Source of the DNA: the human T2T-CHM13v2.0 reference genome, Homo sapiens
Length of the DNA: 64,000 bases
Assembly (NCBI RefSeq): GCF_009914755.1
Contig: NC_060933.1
Strand: one strand, 5' to 3'
This document shows, piece after piece, positions 12,160-26,251 of the stretch; the stretch's first letter is position 1, and each line of letters begins with the position of its first letter. The position numbers and the translations under genes are program-made. Under the pieces are notes generated by a model. It had not been told where the DNA came from and did not search any database. It worked only from the letters and a program-made list of their open reading frames with translations.

Positions 12160-15100
12160 TCCCTCACCACCAAGGTTTTTATTCCAAAACAGTTATTTGG
12201 CTAGACGTGAACCGTTAAGATACGGGATCAATGGAGTTACAATAAAGACAATGAAAGTGACAATTTATTAATACACAGTAAGTTCTAGAAGGCATCTTTC
12301 AAAACAAAACTTGATTTCTTTTGTATTTACATTTTTTGTTTCAAGTCTTAGCAAAATGCTAAAAGGCCTGGCCTAGTCACAATTACTGACATCCTTCTGG
12401 GACACAATTTTCTGGGCCTGTGTTGAATGAGGATAAATTATCTTTTCTCTAAAATGCCACATGAACCCTCTCTATATTCCCACATGAAGAGGAATGGAAG
12501 GTAATTATTTGGTCTTTTCTTCTGTTTAGGGGAATGAACTGAACCACTCATTTTTTTAAAATCACACTTAAAAGACACATGGGCAAAAAAGTTCCCCAAA
12601 ACTACTGTCTTACCGAATTTGAGAAGGGAGGTAATGTATGAAGCTTAACAGCTGGCTTCAAAAGACACCTTTCCAAAGAAATTGTACTACCTCTATTAAC
12701 GTGTAAACCACCAACCAAAAAAAAATAATAAGTTACTCCATCAAACACGTTATTATCCATAAAAAAGACTTCAACATTGTACTGGAAGATCTATTTAAGC
12801 ATAAATAGTACTAAGCACCAATTACTAATCTGAAGGCCTCCTCACAGGTCCAAGGGCAATGAGCAACCTCAAGAGGCAGGTGACTGCACAAGCAGTAAGC
12901 TATGGATTAAAAATTAAAAGGATTTCACATTCTTTCCAAAGTGTACTGCCCGGTGTCTGGCACACGCATGTTACAATATGACAATCTGCTCTATTTGTGA
13001 GCACCTGAGTGTATTACAGGGGATCACACATGCATATGATAGAATCTGGCTCCCGGTACAGTCAAAGGAGAACAGCATCAGCCACCAAATGTGCTGATCT
13101 TACACTGAAAAGGGTTGACTGAAAACATTTCAAGGGTAATGTAAACACAAGAATAAAGCTGTGGGTCTATTACTTAGTGATGTGGTTTTATATGCTACAT
13201 ACGTAGACCTCTCTTTATACAATGAATATGGACAGTGCTGCAATAAAAACTGATGACACGTCAAATTGTTCACCTGAAGAAAAACCCTATTATAGTTCAG
13301 AAAATAATGCAACCAATTTTAATTTAATCTAGATACAGGTACTTTATTTACAAATATTTAGATTAATAGCATTTTGTTACATCAAATGAAGAGTACAGCA
13401 GTCTGAATAAATCCTTCAGTCACAAAAACAATAAAACCCACTGTAACTAACTTTGGGAGTCAGGGTATTGCACCTCAACAAGCCGCAGTCTTTAGTTTGT
13501 GATTGCTACCTTATATCCCAATGGGTGGTTTGTTTGTTTTGTTTTTGTAAATATACACACACACCAGCAGGTCATGGTCCCTGGGTGAGTCCCTTGTGAT
13601 GCAACAGTGTAAGCAAAATGGATCACTGTAAGTCTTTAACAGAATATACCAATCTACTCCAGAAATCTTATTTTTTAAAAAGTTAAACAAAGACAAAAAT
13701 AAAAATGAATCCACAAATTAACCAAAGCCTACTTTCTGCACATTCCAGTTTTGGCTTTTATTTAACATTGACTATACAATACTCTGGTACTACCACATGT
13801 TTACAACCCAGAAAGATGTACTTTTATGTTAGTGTCTGTAAAGAGGGATTTAAAATGTGTATTTTAAACACAGCAGTTGAGCTGAGTGCATTTTCTATAG
13901 TACGCTGAGGTGTTACCTATTCTATTTCAAATAAATTCTCAATTCCCAGCCACTGAATCATAAATGCAATAAAAAAAATCAACAGAAATGAAGAACTTAA
14001 TAAAACATGTTGTCCAAAAAAATAAGATTGTTTCTCTTGCTATACAGTATTAATTCAGTGGCCAAACCACCTGGTGCAAAGTAATAACTTACTTTGTATC
14101 AGCACAAGCGCTGAAACACCTTTAGAAACACTTTCCCTTTTACAAAACAATTTATGCCAACATGACATAAAACAGCCCCTCACACTGTGAACACAGGGAT
14201 ATCTTAAGTTATTTCACTGTAGGGTTAAAAATGCACAATTTAAAATCCCTTAACAGCAGACCTGTGGTTCTGACTGTCCAGTTCAGAATCTGACCATTCC
14301 AAGAAGATAAAGGTATAAAAGCTTAAAATGTGCAATAGTAAACCCAGCCTTTTTTCTTTTTCTATACAGTAAGGCAAGAATGCAGCCTGTAATGCAAAAA
14401 CGTTTACAAAAAGAGAAAAGCAGGTTAGCACATTGTCGATTGCACAAGAACAGTTAAGAAAATCAGCAGGTAAGCAACAGTGCAAAGATGGAACAGAATC
14501 TGCTAGTGTTAATCCTCTGATGCTAGGAGCTCTTTCCAGCATAATGTCCCCAAACACTGCCAGCACCAAGGGGTGGAGCCAGTACTACTTGTGAACTGCA
14601 GTTGTGTCTATTTCTTTGTGTGAAATGGAAGGGAGTAACATGGTCACATATAGGTCATACTGTACAAACTGGTATTTTATACTGTTCCAATGCCAGTAAT
14701 CAATTTATTTTCTTCATTAAAATAATATACACAGAATGTATTGTTAGTTCGATTCCTTCAAATTTTATACATATTTACTTTCTGTTAAAGAGAAAAGGAT
14801 AAAATGGTATAAAAAAAGATAAAGCTATTAATTAAGCACGAGAGAGAAGATAAATGGATATTTTCCCTGTGTGAGGCTAAGACAGAAGCAAATCTCGTTA
14901 AGAAAAATGCCACCCACACAACAGGAAATTTATCCAAAACAAAACAAAAGCAGTTATAGAACCCCTTCTCTACCATCAGAAGTAATTTCACAGCAATAAA
15001 CTTATTGGTTACAACAGACATACTTGAACAGTTAAGGATGGGAAGAAAGGCTTAAGATATCACCAAATTAAACCGTACAGTGAGACAAAGCCTTGCCAAA

Positions 15101-15422
15101 GGGAGGGTAAAAATCATGAAGTCCAGCATCAGTGCTCGGTTTAAATCATATATTGGTGACATACTTATCACGAGGACAAGGGGGAAAAAAAGTCTAGATT
15201 TACCATGCAGGAGAGATTTATTACTCTACTTGCCTTTGATAACCTGATTACATCTAGTTGTTTAGCAGTTTAGTATTGTGTTAAACTGTTTTTACAACAG
15301 AGTTTTTTCTTTTTTTTTAATTAAACCCAGTAAGATGTACAGAAGACAATGAGGCAGTAAAAAGTACTGCTTCCAACAGACAGAGGTGAAAGGTCAAATG
15401 AGGGGCCACAGCAAAGAGGTCA
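12160..15422 (-). other. RAB14: RAB14 3' UTR with several AATAAA signals
   Basis: repeat-free sequence after TAG; TTTATT on + at 12178, 12264, 13343, 13757, 14704 and 15217; distal end approximate. Confidence 0.8.
12178..12183 (-). terminator. RAB14 distal polyadenylation signal
   Basis: AATAAA on -; last such hexamer before the gap to the CNTRL 3' end. Confidence 0.65.
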
Positions 15423-15600
15423 CTAGCAGCCACAGCCTTCTCTCTGGGGTTGGGGTTCACTGGTTAGCCGGCCTCCCTGCGGGGCTGAAGGTTTGTGTTG
15501 TACACCAGACTCAGCAGCATTCAGATCCAAGCTTCCATCCTGAATGTTCTGATAGATTTTCTTGGCAGCCTCAAGGAAGGCATCTTCTACATTCTCTCCC
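15423..15600 (-). CDS. RAB14: RAB14 exon 8 ([16 protein letters not shown]...REGCGC*)
   Basis: cttag| acceptor; 178 nt to TAG; CXC geranylgeranylation motif. Confidence 0.97.
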
Positions 15601-15748
15601 CTAAGAGGCAATTGATAACTTTATTGGAGAACCACAGTTTTCTACAAAAGACAAGACACTGACCTTTTGCTAATCTTTAGTTAACTGCCATGATGTCTCC
15701 AACTTAACCACTGTCATCTAATAAGAGATTACCAGAACACTGAGCTAA

Positions 15749-16072
<324 letters not shown>

Positions 16073-16956
16073 GGAAAACTACTTTCTATGGAAAGCATAC
16101 ATACATACGTGTACTGAAAGCCCTTTCTACAAACCCTATTTGGACAACTACATGTGTTATATGCAATCATTAAAATACTGTATGTTAATACACACCATGA
16201 CAATTCAGATAGGTCATTTCTGTGATAACAGAGAGGATACTCCAAACAGAAATGAAATCTCTCTGAACATGCTGAAAAAAATTCCAAGAATAATATGGTC
16301 TGCTCAGCCAAGCATGAACTGAGCTGTTTTTAATCGGGTAATGGTGACATAATCATGCTTAGCCACGTTAACACCTCCATTCAGTTTTCTTTGGACTAAT
16401 AGCACAGCTGAGACTAAACGAAAACAGGTTAGCCTCTCCTCACCACAAGAAATTTTTGGCCTAATAAATGAAGAACAATGATGGGTGTACCACAGTTCAA
16501 TAGCAGACATGGAAGAACAATTAGAAAATGTTCACTATGCTTCTGAGTAGACACTATTCCCTTAAATCATGCTTTTTAATGTGATCAGAAGTATTACAGG
16601 AAGAACAGATTGACCAAGCTTGTCTGAGATGCCAAACTCAACCTCACTTGTGAAAAGTCAAACACTGTCATTTGGGAAAAGTCAAACACTTTTGAAATGT
16701 AAACAAAGTTTCATTTATTAACCTGGGTTACCAACAGGCATAATCAAGGTACAATCTTTTAAGTAACAAAAATTCATATTATTTTGAAATGTAAAAAAGG
16801 AAGCAAAGAGATGTTTGCTGTTCTTCCTGCAGTAAGCATTACACATTTATAGATAGTACTTTATATGTGTATATACATTATATACTTTTCATATATACGG
16901 TTCTACTTTGAGAAACTTGAATATAATTGAAATATCTGTATTTTGGTCACACTTAC

Positions 16957-16987
16957 GTTTTTGCACTCGCTTCGAGGAACAATAAGC
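16957..16987 (-). CDS. RAB14: RAB14 exon 7 (GLLFLEASAKT, G5 box)
   Basis: ttttag| ... AC|gtaagt; 31 nt. Confidence 0.96.
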
Positions 16988-17337
16988 CTAAAAATAAAAT
17001 TCAGACTATAATTAGGACACTTCAAACTAACTCACAAGTGCACTTCTTTAGTAACATCTGAAAAAGTTTCCCATCAGTTTTTAGTACTCCTCCCATAGTA
17101 TTTTATGAAAAAGTATGTAAGTTTGAGGTGGAGAGCATCTTTATATTTGTCACTAAATAACTGTACTGCTCCAACATAAATCACACAGAAATAGAAACAC
17201 ATTGTTACTTCCTCATTCTTGAGATTTCTGAGTCTGCATTTAAAAAAAAAATGCAAAAAAAAACCAACAAAACTGTCAAGCCCACCTTTCCTTAAAAATT
17301 CTCCCAATTGTGACCATTAAGTCTTAAAGAAACTCAC

Positions 17338-17425
17338 CATTTTCTTCAGCAAACTGTTTGGCTTCTTCATATGTAACATCTCTCTGTGCCTCCAAATCTG
17401 CTTTATTTCCTATGAGAATTATTAC
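17338..17425 (-). CDS. RAB14: RAB14 exon 6 ([12 protein letters not shown]...FAEEN, G4 NKxD box)
   Basis: attag| ... G|gtgagt; 88 nt. Confidence 0.96.
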
Positions 17426-17623
17426 CTAATTTGTGATCAAAAGAAAGACACCTTGTAACAAAAGCAGTAATTTAAACCAACCATGCAAATTCTGAAATCC
17501 AAAAATCTTGATAGAAAAAATGACTGGGCCTAAAAAGAAAACCAAGTACTAGCAATTATCCACTAGACAGGGCTACAGATTCATGAAGTCATTACTACAA
17601 AGGACCTTAGCAATGATCTAGGT

Positions 17624-17839
17624 CAGGGGTTGACAAACTTTCTGTAAAGAATAAATAGTATATTCTTCAGGTTTGTGGGCCTCATATGGTCTCTGTTACA
17701 TGTTCGTTGCTGGGTTTTTTTGTTGTTGTTTTTAACAACCCTTTAAAAATTTAAAAATCATCCTTAGTTCACAAGCCAGTCAAAAACAGGCTGTGGGCTG
17801 AATGTGGCCCACAGGCCATACATACTTTGGTGACACCTG
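17624..17839. mobile_element. MER58-like hAT MITE
   Basis: caggggttgacaaac...tttggtgacacctg inverted ends at a TCTAG target. Confidence 0.7.
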
Positions 17840-19244
17840 GTCTAGTCCAAAGATTACGATATAGCTGAGTAAGATTACTAAGGGTTCATGGACAAGCTCC
17901 AGGGGATCTGTAAATACCTTGAAATACTGTAAATACTGTAATTGTGGGCATTCCCTAGAGGAGAAGATTCATGGCTTCCATCAGGTTTTCAAACAGTTCT
18001 GAGATCCTCAAAAAGTTTGAAAGCCACTAGGTTCAACTCCTTTAGGCTATCAGTAAGGAAACTGAAGCTCAAATAAGGCAAAAGGACTTGCTGAAGGTCA
18101 CTCAGTGAGTCAGTGGTAGGAGGACATTAGATCTCAGGTAGAAACCCAAACTGAGATCTTGAGACAAATACTATCCTACCCCACACTATCCCTAGAAAGG
18201 ATTGAGTTTATAGTTAACAGTAACTGATAAGAGATGTCTATGTGTATACACAAGGGGCAGCTGGGAGTAGGGGTTTGGGGGCACGTATGCAGTAAGTTCA
18301 AATCCAAGGCAAAATATCACCCACCAACCTATATCCACCTTGGAACCATTCATACAAGTGAAGTTAGGCCAAAGTTAAAGGCAGCTCTGCAAAGTTGTAA
18401 GAAAAAAATATGTACCCTTGGGAAACAGCAAAGGGCTTTGGCCTTTACCTGGGGTGGGGAGGGGGGTTATGGATAAACTGTCTTTGTACATTTATGAGCT
18501 TATTTGACACCAACTGGTAAAATCCTTCCCTTTTTCCCCCTTCCAAACAGATATGGTAATCTAGATATGAACACTTTAGGAATGGATGGTTTCAACTAAA
18601 AGGCACTTCAGCCATTAACTTTTTTTCATGTAAAATTACAGCTCCTGGCTCTTCCACTTTCAAAAATGTGTGTCCATAAACCAAATAATCATTTTTATCT
18701 GAATGTAAACCTCATGCAAGGACAGTTAAGTAGTACAACAAAAGTGAGCATTCTTTAAACAGTGTGGACAAAGTGCCCACTGTGAAGGGGAAGAAACTTT
18801 CATATACTATCCATTAGTATTTTAAAAGAATAAAATAATGATACTTAAAAAGGAAATCAATTTATAAAAAATCAAGTCTGGTAAAGCCACAATGACTAGC
18901 ATAGGGCCATTACAAGATAGGTACTCAAAACAAGAAATACTGCCCTGCTCCTGATTCCCTATGAATCTCCAAATAAGGCTTCTTATCTCCCTGAAAGGGA
19001 AGACATAAAGTGGCATGCTAATTACAGAGATACAAAACATGCCCACAACAAAATGGTAGAGAACACAACTTCTACACAGAAATCAAGGGCAATTCTATAG
19101 AAAATGGAGCACTTAAGAAAAACTCAAGAAATTTTTTTTCTCCTGATCTGGTTCTATTTCAAAGCACATAAATGAGGCAGGAAGGACACAGGGCGGTAAG
19201 GTTAATTTTATTATACTCCTCCACGGGCCCTCTACAATGAGTTT

Positions 19245-19920
19245 TGTTTTTAATATTTTACTTGAAATAGCTATAGAGTCACAGAGACTTACAAAAAATA
19301 ACAGTGAGGTCCTGTGTACCCTTCACCAAACTTCCCTAATGGTAGGATGTTATGTAACTATAATACACTCTCAAAACCAGGAAACTGACATTGGTACAAT
19401 CTGCAGCCCTTATTCAGATTTCAGTTTTTACACATTCTCAGGCACATGTGCGTTCGTGCATGGGTGGTTCTATGTAATTTTATCTCAGGTGCAGATCTCC
19501 ATCATCACTATCAGGATACAGAACTGTTCTATCACTACAAAGAAACTGCTTCTGTGCTGCCCTCTATGTCATCACACCACTACCACCCTCCACCCCCTTT
19601 GCTAATCCCTGGCAATCACTAATCTACTCCCCATCTCTACAATTTTGTCATTTTGAGAATGTTTTCTAAATGAAATCATACAGTATGTAAACTTTTGAGA
19701 TTGGCTTTTTTACTGGGTATGATGCCCTTGAGAACCAGCTCAACTGCTGCATATATAAAGAATTCATTCCTACGTACGGCTTAGTAGTACTCCACTATAG
19801 AGATGTTCCGAACTGTTTAACCATTCACCTGTCAATGGCCAGGTTGGGAAACACCTAGGTTTCCAGTTCTGGGCTACTGGAAATAAAGCTGCTATGAACA
19901 CCCATCTATAGGTGTGTATG
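19245..19920 (-). mobile_element. Old L1 (L1M) 3' fragment
   Basis: typical L1M 3' phrases (ccctggcaatcactaatct; aataaagctgctatgaaca). Confidence 0.7.
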
Positions 19921-20979
19921 TAAACCTTGGGTTTAATGCGATAATGGAAATGAAAGTTTCAGGCACAGTCCCTAGCATGATAGGCAAACAATGTTAACTG
20001 ACTCTCAATATGATTAAACCACCATTTCCTGATAAAAGCTCATCTTACCACTGATAACACAGTTCTTGAAGGAGGCCTCTACCAAATGTTGGGGGTATAA
20101 AGCCAAGTGAGACACAAGCCTTGTTCCTGAGAAACTCAAGTCACAGCTCAGTGTGTCTTTCCTCACATTGTTCCTGGCATACCCTCAACAATATCTACTG
20201 AAACTTCACTCACCCCTCAAGGACCAGCTCAAACACCACTCCTCTGTAAAGCTGCTTTCTCTCCAGACGGCACTGATCATCCTAGGCTCTCCAGCACTGT
20301 GCCAGTCCCTCTATTTCTAATTCGTGCTTCAATCTACTTTGCAGCACAGTTATCTGCATATCTGCTGGTTCTCTCCCTGCTAGACTATAAGCTCTTTGGG
20401 ACCAAGGATCCATGTTTATCTTTGTATACTGCAGAGTCTAGCATGGTGGCTAGCCTTTAAAATCTCAATAAATATCATCTCAGTCTGGTTAAGAAGCTAA
20501 TGTTTTAACACATATAGAATCCTTTTTATTTTTGACTGAAATTTTTATCCTTAATTCTCCTCCTGTAGTTGAAATTTTTATTGAGGTAACGCAGATTCAC
20601 ATGCAGTTGTAAAAAACAGTACAGAAAGATCTCTTCTACGTTTTGCCCAGTATCCTCCAATGCTAAAGTTTTATGAAATTAATGCAGATCCCTTTTAAAA
20701 TCATAATTTCAGATTTCATAGTCTTCACATGAGATCACCACTACATTCATAATAGTAATGACAAACATGAACAAAAAACCTAGGTATAATAAAATGCAAA
20801 ACCTGGTTTAATAAGAACTGAAAAATAACTGTTAGGTTTTCTTCAACTAATTGAAGAATACAATAAAAATTCTCTCATTCTTAGTACCTGAAGACAAAAA
20901 TCTCACCAGTAAATGGCTTCCCTTTTTGGGTTAGCTTAGTTCTTAAATTTTCTGTGTAATAAGATGCCATTTAACTTAC

Positions 20980-21046
20980 AGTATTTGGATTGGTGAGATT
21001 CCTTGCATCTGTCAACCAGCTGCTTAAGTGGTTATATGTACTTCTT
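20980..21046 (-). CDS. RAB14: RAB14 exon 5 ([22 protein letters not shown])
   Basis: tttgcag| ... ACT|gtaagt; 67 nt. Confidence 0.96.
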
Positions 21047-22819
21047 CTGCAAAAATAAAAGTTTAAATTTGTGACTGCCATATAATTATAGAAAAAAAAC
21101 TTAAATATTTAAAATACATATTTAATCAACATATCCTAAAATAATAATTTTGCTTTGACCAGTTACTCAGAACAGTAGTTGTGAAATACAACTGCATACT
21201 TTTCAAAAATCTAGCCAAACCTAATATTTTTAAATAAACAACTCAATATCCAACAACTTTGATAATTACAGGTCAGGAGTAAATTGTTTACTCCTAAAAG
21301 CATACCGTAAACAGACCAATAAGCAAGCAAGGAACAACACAGTAAATTGATGGAAATGCCAATGTGGAGTCAAAACTCAAATTACTTTGAAATCATACAG
21401 ACTTTCAATCACAAAGCACAAAGTTGTATCAAAATGCCTAAACATGACACATTTAATGGAAGACACTTTTGCTTGTCTTTAAATTTTAATTTCATTAAAA
21501 ACCAAGTCACACTATTATAAGCTGGCATACAATTCACCTTTCCTTAATAATTTAAAGAGCAAGCTAACTATAACAGCATAAAATTGACTTTGAAGACATT
21601 TGACAAGAATTCAAGTCCCCAGATATCAGTGAAAAAGTTCGTCCTAACTTTGTTCTCTTATCTATCAGGCAGCTAAATTATTCTGGAATTCTAACTGCCC
21701 AAGCAAGAGTTTAAAAACTCATAGGCTCATTTGCACTAGCCAAGTAAGCTCTAAGATAAGTAAACAAACCCAAATATTTGTAATATCATACACAGTAGAA
21801 TCTACCAAAGGGGTCAAAGATAATAAAATTTTTGAGGTTAAAAATGTTTCTGATTTATAGACTCACAGAATGTTAGTCTATCTTACTCGTTTAACATGTG
21901 AGGAAACGGAAGCCCATAAAGACTTAACTGGTGTCAAAATCAGGCCTAGAACTCTTTTACAAATACCACATGTCCTTTAAGTGTTTCTAGTTTAGTCCTG
22001 TGAATATATTCCATGATCTCTAGCTGCCAGTTCTCATAGAAAATCTGTTATTCAAAGTATATAGTTCTTTCCCAATGAGAACTGAAAAGAACTCCTTAGT
22101 CAGACTTTTATTGTGTTACATCATATTATTCATAAATCACCACTTAGATGTCAAAAAAGTCATATATATCAAAATAGCCCCTTTCCCCCCAATGTTTTAG
22201 AATTTTCTAAGTAAACAATGATAAAATACAATTTTTAAAAAGCACAAGCCTTATCTGTGTTTGATATTCGTATTATTGGCATATCTTGACTTTATACAAC
22301 AGGTATGTTTTACTACTTCATGCATAAACCTTAAACAAGTCCGAACATTTCTACTGACTTTGATGAACTTTAAAATTTCAAAGCTGACACAGAGAGTGAA
22401 GTACACAGAAAAGCCTAGTACCAAAATCATATAAACCATATTACTTACATGTACTATAACTTCTGCCAATGATTCTGGTAATTGTTATTAATTTAATATT
22501 CACTATAATTATAATTTTAAATCTATAAATAAATATTATTCAAATATTAATTGGTGGTACTAGTACTAAAAAAAAAGTGCTAAAATACTAGATATGTCAA
22601 AATGTTATGGCAAAACAACTGTCACGACAAGCTACGCTGTCAATTTAGAAAAGCACCCTGTAACAATGAGAGTTAATGACAAAAATAAAAAGGGACTTTT
22701 ACGTTTGTAAAATGTCAAAGAATAACAGAAAAAAATTGCTGTCATGACTGCAACACCAAAGTCACTATAAAGTATCACTTTAGCGCCTGACTAAAGCCTC
22801 GGGTACTCTTTTCCAGTAA

Positions 22820-23250
22820 CAGTTTTTATTACAATATAATGAACATATCATAAAGCTTATTCTTTTAAAGTACGTAATTTAGTTGTTTTAAGGATAGTTA
22901 CAAACCTGTGCACTGATCACCACTATCTAATTCTAGAACATTTTCATCACCCCAGAGAGAAACTCTGAACTCACTTAGAAGTCACTCACTCCCATCCTCT
23001 GGCAATCCACTTTCTTTCTCTATAAATTTACCAGAATATAAATTCTCGATATTTCATAAATGAAATCATACAGTATGTGTCTCTTAGTGTCTGGTTTCTT
23101 CCACTTAGCATAATGTTTTCAAGTTTCATCTATGTTGTGGCCTGTATCAGTATTTCCTTCTTCCTTATAGCTGAGTAACATTTCATTGTATGGATATATC
23201 ACAGTGTTTATCCATTCATCAGTTGATGCATGTTCTGGTTGTTCCCAGCT
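22820..23250 (-). mobile_element. L1MB-like 3' fragment
   Basis: L1MB 3' phrases (tagaacattttcatcaccccag; ccacttagcataatgttttcaag). Confidence 0.75.
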
Positions 23251-24579
23251 GAAGTACTTTTTTTGATGACTTGAATAGACACAGATTTTACCAAAAGTAT
23301 TAACTATGCTTAAAAGATATGCTTAAAAGCAAAAACAATATTCTTAGCACACATCACCATACTTAAATTTTATTGAGTTTTTAATTATGTGAAGTCTTCA
23401 GAAATGCATTCCTTATAAAATCAGACAGTTCTGCGTAGGCGGCCAGGTTTATTAACAGTCTTCCCATAATACTCTTGATCATATCACAGATTGCCTGGCT
23501 ATAATGAAGGGCATTAAGGCTTGTTTCCCTTTGAGGCCACCCAATTCTAGAATTTACTGAAAACTTTAGGCACTATAATTATAATTAGTCAATATCTTTA
23601 TTCTAAGGCAGCATTTCCCAAAGTGTGTTCCTCAATAAAATAAGCTTAGGAAACACCAAATTAAATAAAGTCATACAGCAAAGAATTTCTTACTGCAGAA
23701 CTTCCCAGAGTCTTAATATGCTAACGCACATTATGACACATCAAGAGGAAACCTTTTAAGGCATTTTCCGAAAGGAAATATGCTTTAAACTCTAATTATC
23801 ACTTGGTCCCACTCGCCCATCTTTACCCCCAAGAAACAGAGTCACATTGCTTTTGACTGGCACTTTACATCAACATGAAAGGTGATCCAGTTCATTTTCT
23901 AGCTTACAGTAGACAAACAGTGCAGGGTCTAATCAAGTGGCACAGTTTTCCATGTTCTCCAAAGTCAAACCTTTATGTACAGTAGTTTTATTACTTTACA
24001 TCAAGTGCTTTGGAATTCCAGAAACAGTCATGTTGAAATAAATTTAAACCTACTGCATGTAGTATTTGAAGTCATTTCTATCCATTTTAAGAGAAAAAAA
24101 AATTAGTAAATAAATACTCAAACACCTTCAGATGCAAGCATAAAGTTTTTTATAATCTACCATGCTGGACTAGCAAAACTCTTTGCTTGGCCTTCTTTTG
24201 AGAGGTGTAAACTTTAACACTAGAGACTAAATAGAGTAAGTCCCAAGAGTGAGTTGCTTGCTTTCTACTTAAAAGAACATTTTATATAAAATATTATTTC
24301 TCCTCAAATCATTCAACTGAAGCTGCTTTTCAGAACTGTATTCTTCTATTAGCTTCACCCAATAACTAACTCCCTAAATTTTTCTTCAGTCATAAAAACT
24401 TTTGGAAAATATCAATGTGTTATATCAAGTTTTACATGGCAACTTAAGAAACCATAAAAAACAAGTAAGTTCATTCACAGTCATACAATTACAAACTAAA
24501 AAAAATGCCTATCAATTTTTTTTTAAATGCCCAAAGTAGATTTATTTTCCCCATATGAAGGTTGAAAAATTATCTCTTA

Positions 24580-24792
<213 letters not shown>

Positions 24793-24950
24793 TCAGAAAA
24801 CTTCAAATTAAGCCTAGAGGGGGAAAATCCACTAAATAAGCAAATGGCTTACTAATACTTACAGGCTATAAATAGACTAAAGCTACCGCTAAAAAAAAAA
24901 TTAACAAACACCCAGAAGTAAGAAGTCAGGGAAATGTGACTGTACTAGAA

Positions 24951-25167
24951 TCGGGGTCAGCAAACTTCTAGAAAGGACCAAGCAGAAAATATTTTAAGTT
25001 TTGCAGGTCAAAAGGTCTTTGTCACAAACTACTCAACTCTGCCACTGAGGCATAAAAGCAGCCAGAGACAATATGTAAAACAGGCATGGTTGTATTCCAA
25101 TAAATTTTATTCACAAAAACAGGCAGTGACTGGATTTGCCCCACTGGCCACCGTTTGCTGACCCCTC
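24951..25167. mobile_element. MER58A-like hAT MITE
   Basis: ggggtcagcaaac...gtttgctgacccc inverted ends. Confidence 0.8.
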
Positions 25168-25359
25168 GACTAAAATAATCTGCTAAGTAAAAATAAGGAT
25201 TTTAATTAATTCTTCACAATATCAACATTATACCATTTAGCCTTCTTACAATCATTATCTATAACAGATCAATCAATGGTCTTGGTACCCTAGGAGTTGT
25301 TAGTCAAACAGATTCTTATCCCAGAAAATATCAGTGTCTCAAAGAAAATCAGCATGTTT

Positions 25360-25531
25360 TATATATATATGCATATATTTTAGAGACAGGGTCTTGCTCT
25401 GTCACCCATGTTGGAGTGCAGTAGCACAAGCATAGCTCACTGTAACCTCGAACTTCTGGGTTCAAGCAAGCCTCCCACGTAAGTCTCCCAAAGCACTACT
25501 GGGATTACAGGCATGAGCCACCACACCTGGC
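25360..25531 (-). mobile_element. Alu monomer or rearranged Alu
   Basis: partial reverse Alu. Confidence 0.75.
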
Positions 25532-26197
25532 TAACATATACTACTTATTATACAATGACAAGTTATATATGTCTAAGCCAATTAACAAATTTATTAGTCC
25601 TTTCCTTATAATGAGGCCACTTAAAACCTAAACCCACCATTCTCCAGTACAAGGACACAGACTTCTGGGCACTTCATAAAATGTTACATCAAACCTCTGT
25701 GGTAAGCAGCACAAAAATGTCAAAGAAATAATTTCAACTATACAGAAACACTTTCAACTATATTTAGCATATCAGTTACAACACATTGGTCCCTTCTATC
25801 ACCCAAGAAAGAGTAGAAAGAATTCCATTTTAAGTATTTCAAATCTGTTATTTAACAAATGATACATGCAGCAAATTTCTCCTAATAAGACAATCAATTC
25901 CTGTAACAGAAAGTCAGAGAATAAAAAGATTAAGTTTGACATTATTTTATGTATTTTTAAAAATTATTTTAACATCAAGAAATCAAAACAAGCAAATCAG
26001 ATTATATAATGTGTATAAAAATCAACCCTAAAATATGCTGGCATATTTCATTTTATCTGTACCCATTTAAAAAAAGTACAAATATAGGGAAAGGTTATAT
26101 TTAAATGCATGAAGTATACTGAAAATGACACTTTCTAAAAAGTAGAAACATGGCGATAAAGAAAACTATTAATGTTTACCTCATGTATTGAACTTAC

Positions 26198-26251
26198 ATT
26201 TTTTTTCTGTAAATTGATGAAGCAAGCAAGATTTTCCTACTCCCATGTCCC
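26198..26251 (-). CDS. RAB14: RAB14 exon 3 (GDMGVGKSCLLHQFTEKK, P-loop)
   Basis: aaacag| ... T|gtaagt; 54 nt. Confidence 0.97.

Noticed and set aside
17420-17427. AG|GTAATA at the RAB14 exon 6 acceptor resembling a recursive splice site
   Set aside because: GTA ATA encodes Val-Ile of the G domain, the donor match is weak and the introns are short
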